In this document: in pieces, positions 1-13,300 of the stretch | Position numbering within the stretch: position 1 is the stretch's first letter | Layout: every line of letters begins with the position of its first letter | From: Catajapyx aquilonaris | Lineage: Eukaryota | Length of the DNA: 64,000 nt | Reading direction: 5' to 3' | Assembly: GCA_000934665.2 (NCBI GenBank) | Contig: JYFJ02000332.1 | Span: 1 to 64,000 of the forward strand | Position numbers and translations under genes: made by a program | The notes under the pieces: model-generated | What the model was told of the DNA's origin: nothing | Seen by the model: the letters and a program-made list of their open reading frames with translations, nothing else | The model's database searches: none

Positions 1-409
1 TCTCGGGTTTGCGTCTACATTTAATTTGGCGATCTCGAAAACGGCTGGGAAATTCGCGGTTTTGAGGATTTTGCAAAATAGGAAAGCGGGTGCAAGGGAT
101 ACAACGGCGTAAGTCCGACGTCTCTCCGACCCCGGGAAGTGCGAAATCTTTTTCATCCTATATCCTCCTCCTCGGCGTGGGGCTTTGTATATATTAGATT
201 AGATTAGCTGAGGTTTTCCTGGTGTCTCCTGTGGAAATTTTTAATACGAAAAATTGAAAAATTACGCATTTCAAATCGGAATTTGCCAAAAAACTGAGTT
301 TCACTTTATGGAAAGGGTTGTAGATTTGTTACTCAAACTAACATTTCATACCATTTATGTCTGTGCACCATTGGTTGCAGACATTTGAATATGGTAACAT
401 TACCATGAT

Positions 410-490
410 CAACAACAACAACACCATCACGACATTTCCCTATAAGGGGTAGTCAGCGATGACGGGAGCCTCAAGCTAACCCAAAATATG
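410..490 (+). repeat. 3' end of a DINE-1/Helentron-associated-like element, copy 1
   Basis: (CAA)n followed by ACCATCACGACATTTCCCTATAAGGGGTAG...GCTAACCCAAAAT (microsatellite, short motif, terminal stem-loop, A-run). It is nearly identical to the reverse complement of 6157-6245. The family call is inferred from this architecture. Confidence 0.55.
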
Positions 491-2076
491 AACGCAATTA
501 AAACTGGTAAAAATCCCCCTATTAACCACCCATAACCCCCCCCCCCCCCTGCCCATCTCAGACGACAAACTCTCAACATTAAATTTTAAATATAAATATT
601 ACACCACTATGCAATGCGGTACTTGAGAAATCCCCCCCGGAAGAGGAATCAGCCACTGTTAAATTCCTCCAAGTGACTATAATATTTTCCTCCAAACGAC
701 CAGAACACCCACAGGCCAGCGACAAGAACCAGCATACAGAAATCCACACCCGAACAATGATCAACCCAAGGGGGTAACAACTTCGGCAATCCGGTGTACA
801 CTTGTCCGACATTCCGGATTGCAATCCGACAATCCACAATCCGCCGTACACTAAAATGGTGAGTTGTTACCCCCTTGGATCAACCAGTATTAAATGTAAA
901 TCAAATTCATCGAGTTACTATTTTAGTACAAAATACAACTCTTAATAATGGGCATCTCCTGCCTTTGTTGCAAAAATTTTTATCGAATATCCCTAATGCT
1001 ATTTATAGACATTCTAAACCAAACAGGCAACTATGTGAGCACACAAGAATCCATTGTATTTTTTAAAATTATAAATAATCCAAGAGCCCCCAGATTTCAA
1101 GCTTGCATAGTTTTCACCTTCCACCAGTTTTTAATCAACTTACAGGGGCCAATACTTCCATTCAACCCTAAAATCAAAGCTTGGTTCACACAGCATACAA
1201 TGTATTTACTCAGTTTAAACAAGTGGCATTCCCCAATCAGAGGTGCTTGCATTGTACACTGTTGCTCCCAACAACTTCTCCACCTTGATAATTATGACGA
1301 TGAGATTTGCATGGTTGTAAGAGCATGTTGGCAATACCTCGAGGGGGAGCCACATATAAGGAAAAGCAATCCTTCCCCTTCTGTTCATATGGCCAGATGG
1401 TCTTAGCTTGCCTTCAATTCTTCCCAATCAACTCAACCCCAACATGGTTGACTATGTAGTCATATAAACATTGGGGTATGGCACAGTTCTCAAAGAAACA
1501 AAAGTCACTAGCCAGTGGCATGTGAACCCACTAACTTATCTTCACTAGGAGTATTCCTCTATTGCTAGGCAATTTGTTTACACAGCTGCTAAAGCGGAGG
1601 GGAAACCTGTTTCAGGAATGGGATATGTTAGGATCATTTAAGGTCACTTAGAATTCTCATTATCATGGATGACTTTATGACACACTCAGCCAAACAGCAA
1701 GCAACTGACCCCTTAAATATGTATCAGAGAAAAGGATTGGTCAAAATCCATTTCTAATTCCTTGATTAGGCGTGCCCCATCACATTTATCACATGCAAGG
1801 CAACCCCACATACAGATCTAAGAGATATAATTTTCACAAATTCTATTTTCTACACTTGGATTGACAAAGAATTTAAATGCCTTAACACCAGATTATCTTC
1901 AGTGTGTGTGGGTAATTCCCTCTGCTCATCCCCAGCAACTTACATATTTATATGTCAAAAGGCTATATTGACATGTATATTGACATTACTTTGTTAGGGA
2001 AACATCAGTACTGTGTAGTGTGTAAATTATGCAATCAGTACTTATTTGGTATACAAAATGAAAACTCTGGTTAGGC

Positions 2077-2304
2077 CAGTGGTTTCCAACCTGGGGGTCG
2101 CAGGCAGGGTCGCGAGCCTTGGTTCAACTTCTTTTTTGTGTAATTTCTGTGTCAATTGAACCATTTTTTTCGGCTGTACAAAGTGTATGTTTTCCGGAAA
2201 ATGGGCAGTGGTAGGAGGGGGTCGGGGGAGGGGAGGAAGGGGGGTCGCACATTTATGGAAATATGTTTAAGGGGTCGCAGTTGGTAAAAGGTTGGAAACC
2301 ACTG
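2077..2304. mobile_element. hAT (Charlie/Buster-like) MITE, 228 bp
   Basis: 16-bp TIRs CAGTGGTTTCCAACCT / AGGTTGGAAACCACTG, a perfect 8-bp TSD GGTTAGGC (2069-2076, 2305-2312) and subterminal GGGGTCGC repeats. Confidence 0.92.
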
Positions 2305-4884
2305 GGTTAGGCATTGTCTAGTGAAAAACGACAAAATAAACACATCTTGCATTTTGTTCAAATCTAGAAGACCTGAATATTCTCTGGATTTACATACCTG
2401 ATGAGATGTAATAATACAGAATGTGGCAGGTAAATTATTTTTATGAACGTTAATCCTGATATTTTCGGTCATTATGGTACCAGTACCTCTCTCGTAGAAT
2501 GGTATCCATGCCTCAATTTGAACATCTCCATTTCAAGAAACAGCAATGGCAGTATGAGACACATGTTCATGCACTGAGAGTAATGGTAGGCCTATAGTTT
2601 TAAAATAATAATTTCATAGTACTGTAGTTAATATCCAGTTGGAAAATAAGCGTGCAATAAGGTGTAAAATAAAAGTCAAGGTCAAAAAGTAAGTACACAT
2701 CAGCAACGTTCTCGTAGTGAATTATATAAAATATAAAGAGCTCCGGTTCACATTTTACACCTGATCCATACCTAGGTATTAAATTTACTAATCACTAACA
2801 ATTCTTTTGTGCCACTCTGTTGCCATGAAGCTGTAACGTACTTCTCATCAGGCCTAAATCAGTATTTCACTACTGGCACATGTGCACCTGGTGCAAGCTT
2901 ATCTCGCTTGGTACTACAAAATTCTGGCACACTGACCTCAATGTCTGGATAAACAATGTGGATTTTAACCAATACGTAACCAGCATCGAATTCACCCTGT
3001 CTGGATTTTTCAAAGCAGTGAAACTTGATGCCACAATGGCAGGCTGCACTCTACAACGACGAACTTATGTAAGAGTTCAGTCACCCGGCAGAGATAATCC
3101 TCATCTCCTTCGAGTCCCAAAATACCCTCTCATGACAGTTGGCCACTAAATCACAGTCCAAGTACTCACCTTCAATGATGCAGGTAGGCCACAAACCTCC
3201 AACCATCCACCCACAGCAATGACTCCACGTCCACATTGAAGCGCCTCGCTAGTAGCACATTGCCTACAAGGAAACATGAGCAAAAAATTCATTCTTCCAC
3301 AAGCCCAAGGTTGGCCTTCAAGAGGTAGTCGGTCTCTTGGGTCTATCGTCATAGGTGTGGGGAAACACCACGTAAGATGCCTTCAGACTATTCATTAAGT
3401 GCCACATTGCACTGTAATCTCACGTTTCTACAGCCCTGCCAACCTATCCTTCCACTCCATTGAATGATTTTACAACTTCATACATAAATAACCAATACAT
3501 ACTCTATATTCTAAAATAAGCCTTGATTACATGCTCCTGTAATGAGAATCTATCATGATAGCAGCTCCCATATTTCCAAGCTCCCTTGTCTCTAGGGCTG
3601 CCAAGTGCCATCTATTGCCTGGTGCAGTAAGCACATCCACCTGGGCCAGGTGCCAGATCAATATGCCCAGCTGACGTTGAGTCGCACCTTAGGCAACCAG
3701 GCATGCATCGTTATTAGCACTAATTAGCAATAGCACCTCTTCATCTAGTTAGCTCCAAAGCCCCTTACAAGTGGAAGAAAATCCCAGGCTATTGCTGTAC
3801 ATTGTTACTAATGGCAAGAGCATGCCACTTTATCATCAGCTGCTTATTAGGCATGTGATTTGGCATGATTCAACACATGTGGGATCTGCACTACAATACA
3901 ATCACATCACCATTTCCTCACCACTTGGCAAAACAACTTTGCAACAATTGAGAAGCACTTGAGGAGCCTCAAAATTGAACAGCACTTCAGTCTGCGTGGT
4001 AACAGGTTTGCCAATCGTCATGTATTATCAGTCGACAAAATTATGAACACTGTTATAGCAGGATGCAGACTAGCATAGCCAGTGTAGAAAGGTTTTAGCA
4101 TGAAACAAATGCAACTTACAGACTTTCTGAATCAATAATATTGTTTTTAATATACCTGCAGGAATTCCAGGCTTTAATTGGGCAACACCTACTTATTGAG
4201 TAAGCTCTTTAAATAGCTTGGCATGACCTAAGAAAAATATTCCAACTTTTCAATTGAACAATACCATCTTGTAATGACATATTCAACATACGAGAGGCAA
4301 AAACACATTTAATTTTTACATGTATGATTGACCAGTTCAAGACTAAATCACAACACAAATTTCCTTTGCCTTCCTTACAAGTAAATGCAAGCAAACTGCG
4401 CTACGTGTTATGGTAGAAGTACAGGGTGTACCTACAATGTTGTTGTTGTAGCAACATGGTTGCACATTCAGGACACTACACATTCAATGCCCCTTGAGAG
4501 CCCAACAGAAGTTGAAGTGCTACTGCCAATGATCACCAAAGCCATGTAGGATCATGTCAATGCTTGTTGCATGAACCTGGCTAGCAAACACTAGCCCTCC
4601 CACCCATCCTCCCTGCCGCAGTGCTGGCAACGCTGCACCATGCACAGTACATACCCTGCCTTAACAGCAGATGATGACTGATGTGCCACCATGTGCTTGT
4701 CCATCCTTCATTTCTGCTGCTCCCCCCTCCCCTTTAAACCCCACCATTCCCCCCTATGCCAGGAATGAGATGGACTGCTACTCCATCCATCCATACACTG
4801 TCTTGTATTAGTTACACACTCTAGGCCTAGGCCTAGCGCCCATCATAAAAGGGGCGCAACTAAATAGTATGTGTGTGTATGTTG

Positions 4885-5020
4885 GAGGTGGGGGGTGGAA
4901 TTGGGGGGTGGGGGGGGGTTGGAGGAAGGTTACTAGGCCATGGTGGGGCAGGGGGTGGGGGTGGGGGGATGAGCACGAGTTACACTTTTTGGGGGTGAAG
5001 GGGGGGGGGGAGGGGGGGAT
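4885..5020 (+). repeat. G-rich low-complexity tract (multiple G3+ runs)
   Basis: More than ten G-runs of 4-10 nt with short spacers, directly visible. Confidence 0.8.
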
Positions 5021-5060
5021 ATGCATGTGGGACCCTGCATGTACTGTGTACCTCACTCAC

Positions 5061-5700
5061 CTCTCCGTGTTTTGAATGGTGTGTGGTGTCGGTAGTGCCA
5101 GGGATGGGTTGTGTCCCCCACCTCTCCTGACCCACCGAGCAACCGACACTGTCGTGCACACCGCACACCCCGCAAACAGCCCCGTCGAGCACCAGCAGCA
5201 CGCACCACACCACGGTGGCGCCTAAGGGGGGACACAGGCTGGGTTCGTCTGTCTGTCTGTCTGCCCCCAGTCCTCCTCCTCCGCACTATGACTCTACTAG
5301 TACTAGAGTCTCTCCCTTGCCAGCACCACTGATCGCCCTCACATTGACCTTCCTCCTGCCCGACCGACCGTCCCTCACAGGTTGCCCGCCTGCCCTCCCT
5401 TTTCCGGCCCCCTCCGTCTCTTTCCCTCCCCGTGTGGATCCACACTCTGGCCCAAAAGGTGTCGTCGAAGGCAGCTGATGGTTCCTGCCAGCTCCCCTCT
5501 CCAGGAGCGCACACCCGACCAGTCGATGCAGTGTGTAGTATGTGCTTCTTGCTTGCTTACTTGCTCGCTCAGGGTGGCCTCCCTGCTTCACTCGTTCACT
5601 CACTGCCTGCCTGCCCGACCGACCGACTACGGAATACGGAATCTAGGGGGAGACACTGGTGGCCACCTCTATCGGCTCAGAATGGCACTACATGCTGCTG
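5061..5700 (-). other. Probable promoter and non-coding first exon of a gene extending left out of the window
   Basis: GC/CpG-rich island ending at a consensus donor GAG|GTGAGT (5061/5060), with no convincing ATG-initiated ORF. The sequence to the left is CpG-depleted like a gene body. The upstream boundary is approximate. Confidence 0.45.
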
Positions 5701-6156
5701 CTGCTGCTGCCTCATTGCACGCACTACATTGCAGGTTGGGCGCCAAGATTTGGCACATTTGACAGCAGCCTACATCTGGAAAGGGCACCATATGAAGTCC
5801 TCACCTAAGATGCACAGAGCCTATCCAGTCAGAACAACAAGGCCCTAACTGCAGAATCGGAAGGTAACATGAACAAAGAGAGGCCATCTTCAGAGCATTT
5901 TATGGGTCAGATCAAAATGTTAAATACTGCCATCAAATTGTGTCCACTTTTCATTGTTCAGATACCAAAAGAGAATACATTGACTAGCAGTTATCTATAA
6001 CCAAAGTGTACTCTCTTATGAGGAAAGATGTAAGAATGACAATTTTTTTGCAACCTGCAAAACTTGGAGGAATTTAACAATTGCTGATTCCTCTTACAGT
6101 TGCATAGTCGTGTAATATTTAAAATTAAAAATATATATTTTTAAAAAATTAAAAAT

Positions 6157-6245
6157 ATATTTTGGGTTAGCTTGTGACTCCCTCATCGCTGACTACCCCT
6201 TATATAGGGAAATGTCGTGATGGTGTTGACGGTGTTGCTGTTGTT
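6157..6245 (-). repeat. 3' end of a DINE-1/Helentron-associated-like element, copy 2
   Basis: The reverse complement reads AACACCATCACGACATTTCCCTATATAAGGGGTAGTCAGCGATGAGGGAGTCACAAGCTAACCCAAAATAT, matching 410-490. Confidence 0.55.
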
Positions 6246-7357
6246 CCAAAACTTTCTGCGTAAAACTTTCTCGTATGTACAGACATATTTTTAACACATA
6301 ATTTAATTTGTGCTTTGTATCAACAAAAATAGATAGATGTGACTTATGTGAGGAATTGTAAGGGATAATTAATTTTTCATCATGCATAGAAAACAACAAA
6401 GTTCCACCTGCACAACATAGCTCACTGCTTCATATGATTTTGGGTGGAAAAGGTTCTATCTGCAAATTGACATTTTTATAATTAAAAATATTGCAACATT
6501 AATGTCATGACAATTTTTCTCTCACATGCTACTGAATAGAGTTAACTGTAAATTTAAATTATCACCAGAATTCAATAGTTAGTTCCTAGTATATTGCACT
6601 AGTAACTTCAAAGCCTATTTCTGGAAAAAGTAGTTTAATGCAGATGGAACCCTGTTGTTCTCACCCCACGACATATTTACAATTGAACTAACTGTAAGTG
6701 TAGTGGTTAGAATTTTTAAACTAAACTGCTTACATATGTGAAGCAGTTTTTGGTGGCAGCTTTTCAATTTATTTTTTAAAATAATGATAACGCTGTATAA
6801 TGATGCATGGGTACAACCTAAACTAAAGCAGGAGGGTTTAGACTCTAGTCTCGAGTCTATACTTTGAAGAAGGGATCCAGCTATTGATCTCACGTGCCTC
6901 TCAGCCAAACTCAGGAGGCATTCACAATAATTATGAAGGTCAGAAATTCGTCACAATTTAGTAGGAAAAATGATGCAACATAACACCAGCAACTTAGATT
7001 TTTTGTAACTAATGGAAGTAACTGCTTAAAGCACAGCAGTGGGAAAAAATCACTCACTAACCATTACAGATTTCAGGTGGAAAGCACGTCAAATCAACTG
7101 TGGCATAGGCTGAGATATTAAGTATTTTTTTCAAGGTGAATAAAAATACTTGTGTACTGCTGGTTAGTCTGCAACACGTTTATGTCATACTGCAGGTGTT
7201 GAGCAAGAAATGTTTCGAATTGATTGAGGCAACTAAACCTAGATTTTTCCAGCCACTTATCCAGTAAAACAACAGTGTACAATGAACTGTACAAAATAAT
7301 ACTCTGTCATAAACTCAGAGTATATTTAAAAAACAGTAGCAAACATAATCTTGCATA

Positions 7358-10300
7358 TCATTTCTTAAATGTTCTAGGAGCTTGCTTGAACAGATCTCTG
7401 AGTTCTGCAGACAGTGGCTTGATGGCAGGTTTTCTCTGATTCATGATATGTGGGCTAGGTTCAGGTGGCAAGAAAGGGGGGAAGTGGCCATAAGCCCTTG
7501 GGAGAGGAAGGGCAGCCATGGGCCTGCTGCTGGATATGTCAACCACCCCAGCTGGTGGGAGGTATGCTTGTGGCCTCCTGACTGCATATGTCTTCCTGCC
7601 TCCAGCAAGTGACTGCTTCTGTTCCATCAAGGCATTCCACCATTGCCTCTTCTTCTGCTCTTTCATGTGGCGTATCCGCATACTTTCCAGACCCCAGCCA
7701 GCCTCCAGTACAGAGCTTGGTGGCTCACCAGCAGCCATCTTCATGTGAGCCTCAGCAAGAACAGCCTTTCCTTGCTCCACTTCCTTGCGAAGGACTTCTA
7801 CCTCTGCGTATGCCACTGAAACCTCTGTGGCTGCCTCTGCTAAACGCTGGTTAACGCTTCGCATGCAGTTGCGGAGCTCTCTCTGGTGCAAGATATTTTT
7901 CATGCCGTCACCTCGTACCTCCTGCGTGCGGCTGTTCATACGCTGTGTCAATCTTTCAATTTGTGCATTCAGGAGACTCATTTCTGCTGACTGGAGTTCA
8001 CGCCGGTGAAGCATTTTCTCCAGGATATAAACCTGATTGAATTTTTAAAATGTGAAATTTTGGTTATAAAAGTTCATTCTGACACAAGCTGTTGCATAAT
8101 TACACTACAATGCATTCACATTAATGTAACTTATTTTGCTCTCTGGTCCATCTACTGTTACTCCTTCTCCAATACCACTGTGAGCAGACTGCTTCCCCAG
8201 TCTCCTAAAAACCATTTCCTAATGATGAACTACCACTACCAGTATCAGTATGCAAAGCTAGGTGTTGGTGGATTCAAAACCCTGCTAGTCTCCAACATAG
8301 AACAAACAGACCATGAAACTGATGCAACTCTTTCTATTCAGGTGGGATTTATAAACCAGATCCTCAAAATAATGTCTTAGGGTGGGGAGCACTGAACTTA
8401 GAAAAACAAATCCAGCCAGATTGCAAGTAACCAACAAATACCCATGGCAAATGACTCGTAGTAACAAGTACAATCCAGCAGGATTTGTTTTGCTGAGTTG
8501 CGTGCTTCCATTAGGGAAGGTTTTTCATATGTCTGGTCAAGTTAGCAGGATCTTTCAGTTGCTAGTACACATGGAAACCCAAGAGAGCTTATAGGAGAAT
8601 TCTCATTAAACTTGAATTTAAGGACTACCTTCTACGTAATGCTACTATGAAATTTAGTGCTAAAAATACATTTCAAAGTAACACTCCTACACAAGTCAGC
8701 TCACCTGCTTACGTAGGTACATCTCCTCATGAGAGGGGTCCTCTAGCTTTTCTCCCTTGAGTACATATGGCTTAACATTAAGGAACATCTCTCCTCTGCA
8801 CTTCTTCCAGTTCTTTGGGCACACCTCCTTCTTACTAACTGCTGCTAAGTTACAGTCACCTTGCCGGTTAGACCGGTTCTGGTTGCTCTGTCGCCTCTCA
8901 TTCCGCCAAGTAGTGGTCACTTGCCTCCTGGCCTCCACCCTTTCAGTCCACTCTGAAATGGTCTTCATTTTCCGGAAGTGACCCTTGGCCAGTACATCCT
9001 GGAGGAGTTCCTCTTGAGTCATCGCTGCGGCTTTGCTGTCTTCCACTGGTACAATCTTGGAGACACTAGAGCGGCTGTGCAGCTCAGTGCCTGCAATGCC
9101 AGGAAAGACTGATTTGGAAGGTGCACTTGGTCGGGTGAAAATAGCTGGCCTGGAATGGTGGGTGGTTAGGTGGGTTGCATCAGTCAACTGATTGCTAGCG
9201 TGGGTTGTATCAGTTAACTGACTGCTGGTGGATTCTAGATGCGCATGTGAGGTGGGAGTAATGGGAGGTCCAGAAGTTTCACTGTGGGTAATGCTAGAGC
9301 TTCCGGAAGAGCCAAGGCAGGGAGTTCCTGTAGTTTCTGTTGGAGAGGAACTACCACTTGGAGAAATGGTGAAGGGTGTGGAAACATGGGGAGGTTTGGG
9401 TGAGCTCTGCCTCAGAAGTCTACGAAGGTCATGACCAGGACCTCGAGGACTGGATACTGGGGAACTAGGGGATTCCAAGGCAGGTTTGCTATGGATGTCA
9501 TCATGATAGTCATCATCGAGTTGATCTCCTTTGCGTATGAATGAAGGTGCTTGTTTCCATTTACCAGCAACCCCTTCCTGGATCTAGGAAAATAATTTCA
9601 CATAATGTTATTAAGAAATATATCAATAAACCATTAATGACAAACAAACCTGTGTCATATGCGAGGAGCATTCAGACAGTAATGAACTAATGATATTTGC
9701 CATGAAAGACTAGGAAGGCAAACAGAAATACATTACTTTTCAACATTATCCCCCTGCATGTTGATACATATCGTTCAGCATTTCTCTTGATATCCTAGCA
9801 CCTAGCCCATTCTGACATTGTTTCAGGAACCACCCCAGCATCTCCTCCACAATGGCAATCTCTTCAGAGTCAGATCCATGGATCATTCCATAGTTCCATG
9901 AAGTTGATTTTCACTTTGGGGAATAATCTAAAGTTTGAAGCTGTTGTCCTGTGTTACTAACAGCACCAAAAGCCGTATTTGTTGCAGAGAAAAAAAAATC
10001 CAAGTCAGCTTGTGACATCTCAACTTGAGCAGCATTCTGTTCAGTTGTGAGGCTGCAAGGTACCAAATCGGCAGAGGCCTTGCTGACGCAAAGGTGTTGA
10101 TGCCCAGGACCTGCACTTTCAAATGTCTGTCGTTCATTAACATAGTCAACACAGAAAATATGTTTTCCTGTCACAGCAGTTGCTGGCCTTCCAGAGCAGG
10201 GTCATCTTCAAGACTGTGTTGTTTACACTTGAAGCATGCAATGCAATGCAACCTATCTGTTAACCTTTGGATATGATGGACAATCACCCTCCAGTGTTTC

Positions 10301-13300
10301 ATACATGTCTTCATGAATATTTTCAGTGTGCTAATCTTCTTCCAAGTGAAATTTTTGATGCAACACGATGCTCCAAACTGGTCATGTTGGCGACTCACTA
10401 TACTTTGCACTTCTCTTGATTTTTTTCTCCATTTTATTTTCTTTGATTGTTGCATGACTGACTCTGTCTGCATGATGACCAATTCTAATGTCTAATGGCA
10501 AAGGCCTTCATTGAAAAAATCATTACTTTCTGAATACCTCTCATACACATTTGAACTGTTTAAGTATGAATGGATTGATGATGACTCAGAAATTTCAGTA
10601 TCATACACAAGTAACCATGATTGTCAGTTTGTCACCCAAGAAACATTTCTCTCTGTAAGACAATAGTCAGTGACAAAACGGACAGGGCAAGTTAAATTAC
10701 TCACAAACTCTACAGCCTACACTTCATGTTTCAGGCAGCATTACTCTCGATTGTGGGGAAAGCTCTGAAGTAGTAGTATATAAAACCCATCCATGAATAA
10801 AAATTTGATCCTCTCACTGCAGATCCCTTGTCATGCAACTCACCTCTTTTTGGCACCATGCACGGTATTCGATATCTAGCCACTTCTTCCCTCTTGGCTT
10901 TCCAGGTGGTCCTCCCCCTGCCTTAGCCATGACTCCATCTTTCCCACCACCCTTCTTCCACTCTTGCTGTGTGACAAATCCTTCACCAGCAACATACCCA
11001 ATCTCTCTGACCCTCCCGTTGACCCTGGGATCAAGCAGCATTGCCTCCAAGCGTCTGTGCCACCTCCTTTCTTTTTCCCATTCTTCCCTGTGTTGCATCA
11101 GTTCATTCACAAGACGCCTGATCTCCGGGTGGCGTTTCTTCAACAAATCAACGCTACGCCACTCCAGGTCACGGATAGTCTTCAACAATGTGTGTTCTTC
11201 TGTGCGCAGGCACATCTCAGTCATTCCTTCCAAAATGCGCTCCTCCCCCCACTGGTCACGGGTCAGAAGGACACATATCTCCTCCCGACGCTCCCTCAGG
11301 AGCAGAGCAGTACGGTTACGAATACGGACTAAGAATTCAGTGTGATTGCGAACACGACCTGCATCTTCCCGTATATCCAAAAGGACAGCTCCAAGACGCC
11401 GGTGGTGGCGGCGCTCTGTGTCCATATCAAGATGTCTGTGATCCAAATATAGCTTCATATCTGACACCTGATAACAATTAAGGAAAGGTCAGTTATTAGT
11501 TAGCCATCAAGTTGAACATGCAAATAAGATTACAGCATAGTTGCATAGCACAGCAAGGTGGTTACAAATGATTACTGTTGTTTTCATTTGTTATTAATGT
11601 GCAATCCCCTTGCACCATGCATATTATTTTCATTATTGGTGAATCTGTCCTCAAGTGTGTAATAAGTAGAGTCTATAAAGCCCTTGGGGGAAGAACGATC
11701 AAGGTCCACTTTTTGTCAAAAATTAGTTACATATCTCAGAAGATAGTTTCACTAGCCTATAATATGGTGGTTTGGTCGTGGTTGTGGAGTAATTACCATA
11801 GATCACTATGGAAGGCCTCAAAAGTGGGATTTACAATAGAACCTTATGGGCCTTTGATATTTGAAATTATTGGAATATCTCAGTTTCACCTTATGTGGAC
11901 CTTCATCATTCTTCACCCGAGGTCTTCATATAAGAAAGGAAAAACTTGACAAAAGCCCTCCTCTGTTCGAAATCAGTAATATAATAATATATATAATGGA
12001 TACCCCGTGATAGGCCCCTTGGGCCTCTTAGGGGATCATCTTTTGAATAACCGATTTTAATCATTTGCCTGTAATGTGATGGATTTTGATAGTGGGAGGA
12101 AACGGGAGAACCCCGAGAAAACCCACGCGAACACGGAGAGAACCCATCGAAACTCTATCCACGTAAGTATCCTCGGGCCGACCCGGGGATCGAACTCGGG
12201 ACCTTAGAGGTGGAAGGCTGCGGCGCTAACCGCTCGGCCACCGTGTCGCCCTCTTCGAAATCAGTATTATACTATAATCTCAAATAACTGACCATGAAAG
12301 GAAAGCATTATAAATTAAATATTCAGTTACAAGTGCAATATTGACAAGAAACACAACCAACAACAATAATAGTGCCGCCTAGACAATCTGGCTGTGCAAG
12401 GTGGTCATTTTCAGAAAATAAGATGATACACATTGTCAAATAGGAAGGATATGGCAATTTTATGATATCACCATCACAAGCTATTTTTGAGTTATAACTA
12501 AATGCAAATTGCTTCAAATGGGCCACCTTGTGAAAAGCAAAAACATGAAAAAGTTTGTTGGACGCTTGCCATTTTGAAAGTAAAATAATTATTTTTGGCA
12601 TACAAAATTGAAAACGCGCGTTTTTTTCACAAGTTTTCACCTTAGCTGTTTAGCAAAAAACTGATGAGTTTTGTTTTTATCCTAATGTTGAATGACCAAC
12701 TATCAGGTAAAGGTGCAGTACCCAGCAGCAGTGAAGGGTAAGCTATTATCAAGCTAAAAAGCTATACCTCCCGTCGTAAGACATCCCGTCCAAGGATAGC
12801 ACTGGCAATAGATCCCAGGAGTTGCTGCAGCTCCTTGTCTTGCAGGGTCTTTGTGGCATTCAGATTCTCACATTCAGATTCAAGAATTTTTAACTGGTCC
12901 ATAAAAGTGCCCAGGGTCTGCCGGCACATGGACAATTGCTCAAGGAAGTTGTTCAGTTCCGACTTTACTGCAGTGAATTTCCTGCGTGCCTCCATGGTCA
13001 CACCAATTGTCTCAGTGTGTTGCTTGACCATGTGTTCCAGTTCCTTTGCCATCTCTTCCTTTTTCTCAGCAGCTTCTTGTATCTGTTCCCTCAGGCGAAG
13101 AACCATTCGAGCCTTCTCATTCTTTTCCACTGAACGCTGACACATCAGCTTCAGCAGTTCTAGCCTGGTTTTATTGGCAATTCCTTGTTTTTGGTACAGG
13201 TTGTCCACTAACTTCACCAACATGTCCACCTGCATCACCGTCAGCTTGCGACGCTCTCCCTATCATTCAAGTGAGGCAAAACAGAAATTGATACAACGAT

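Noticed and set aside
1..207. 3' end of a LINE with a (TTAGA)n tail
   Set aside because: Suggestive (CpG-rich, short tandem tail), but truncated by the window edge with no recognisable ORF motif.
4808..5848. Cluster of 70-150 aa ORFs as protein-coding genes
   Set aside because: They overlap in all frames, are low complexity and mostly have non-ATG starts, as expected in a GC-rich island.
410..6245. A single 5.8-kb transposon bounded by the inverted repeats at 410-490 and 6157-6245
   Set aside because: The matching segments look like inward-facing 3' ends of two independent DINE-like copies. There is no TSD and no transposase between them.
8384..8515. Degenerate inverted repeat of about 45 bp (old MITE)
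   Set aside because: Too decayed to define ends or a TSD.
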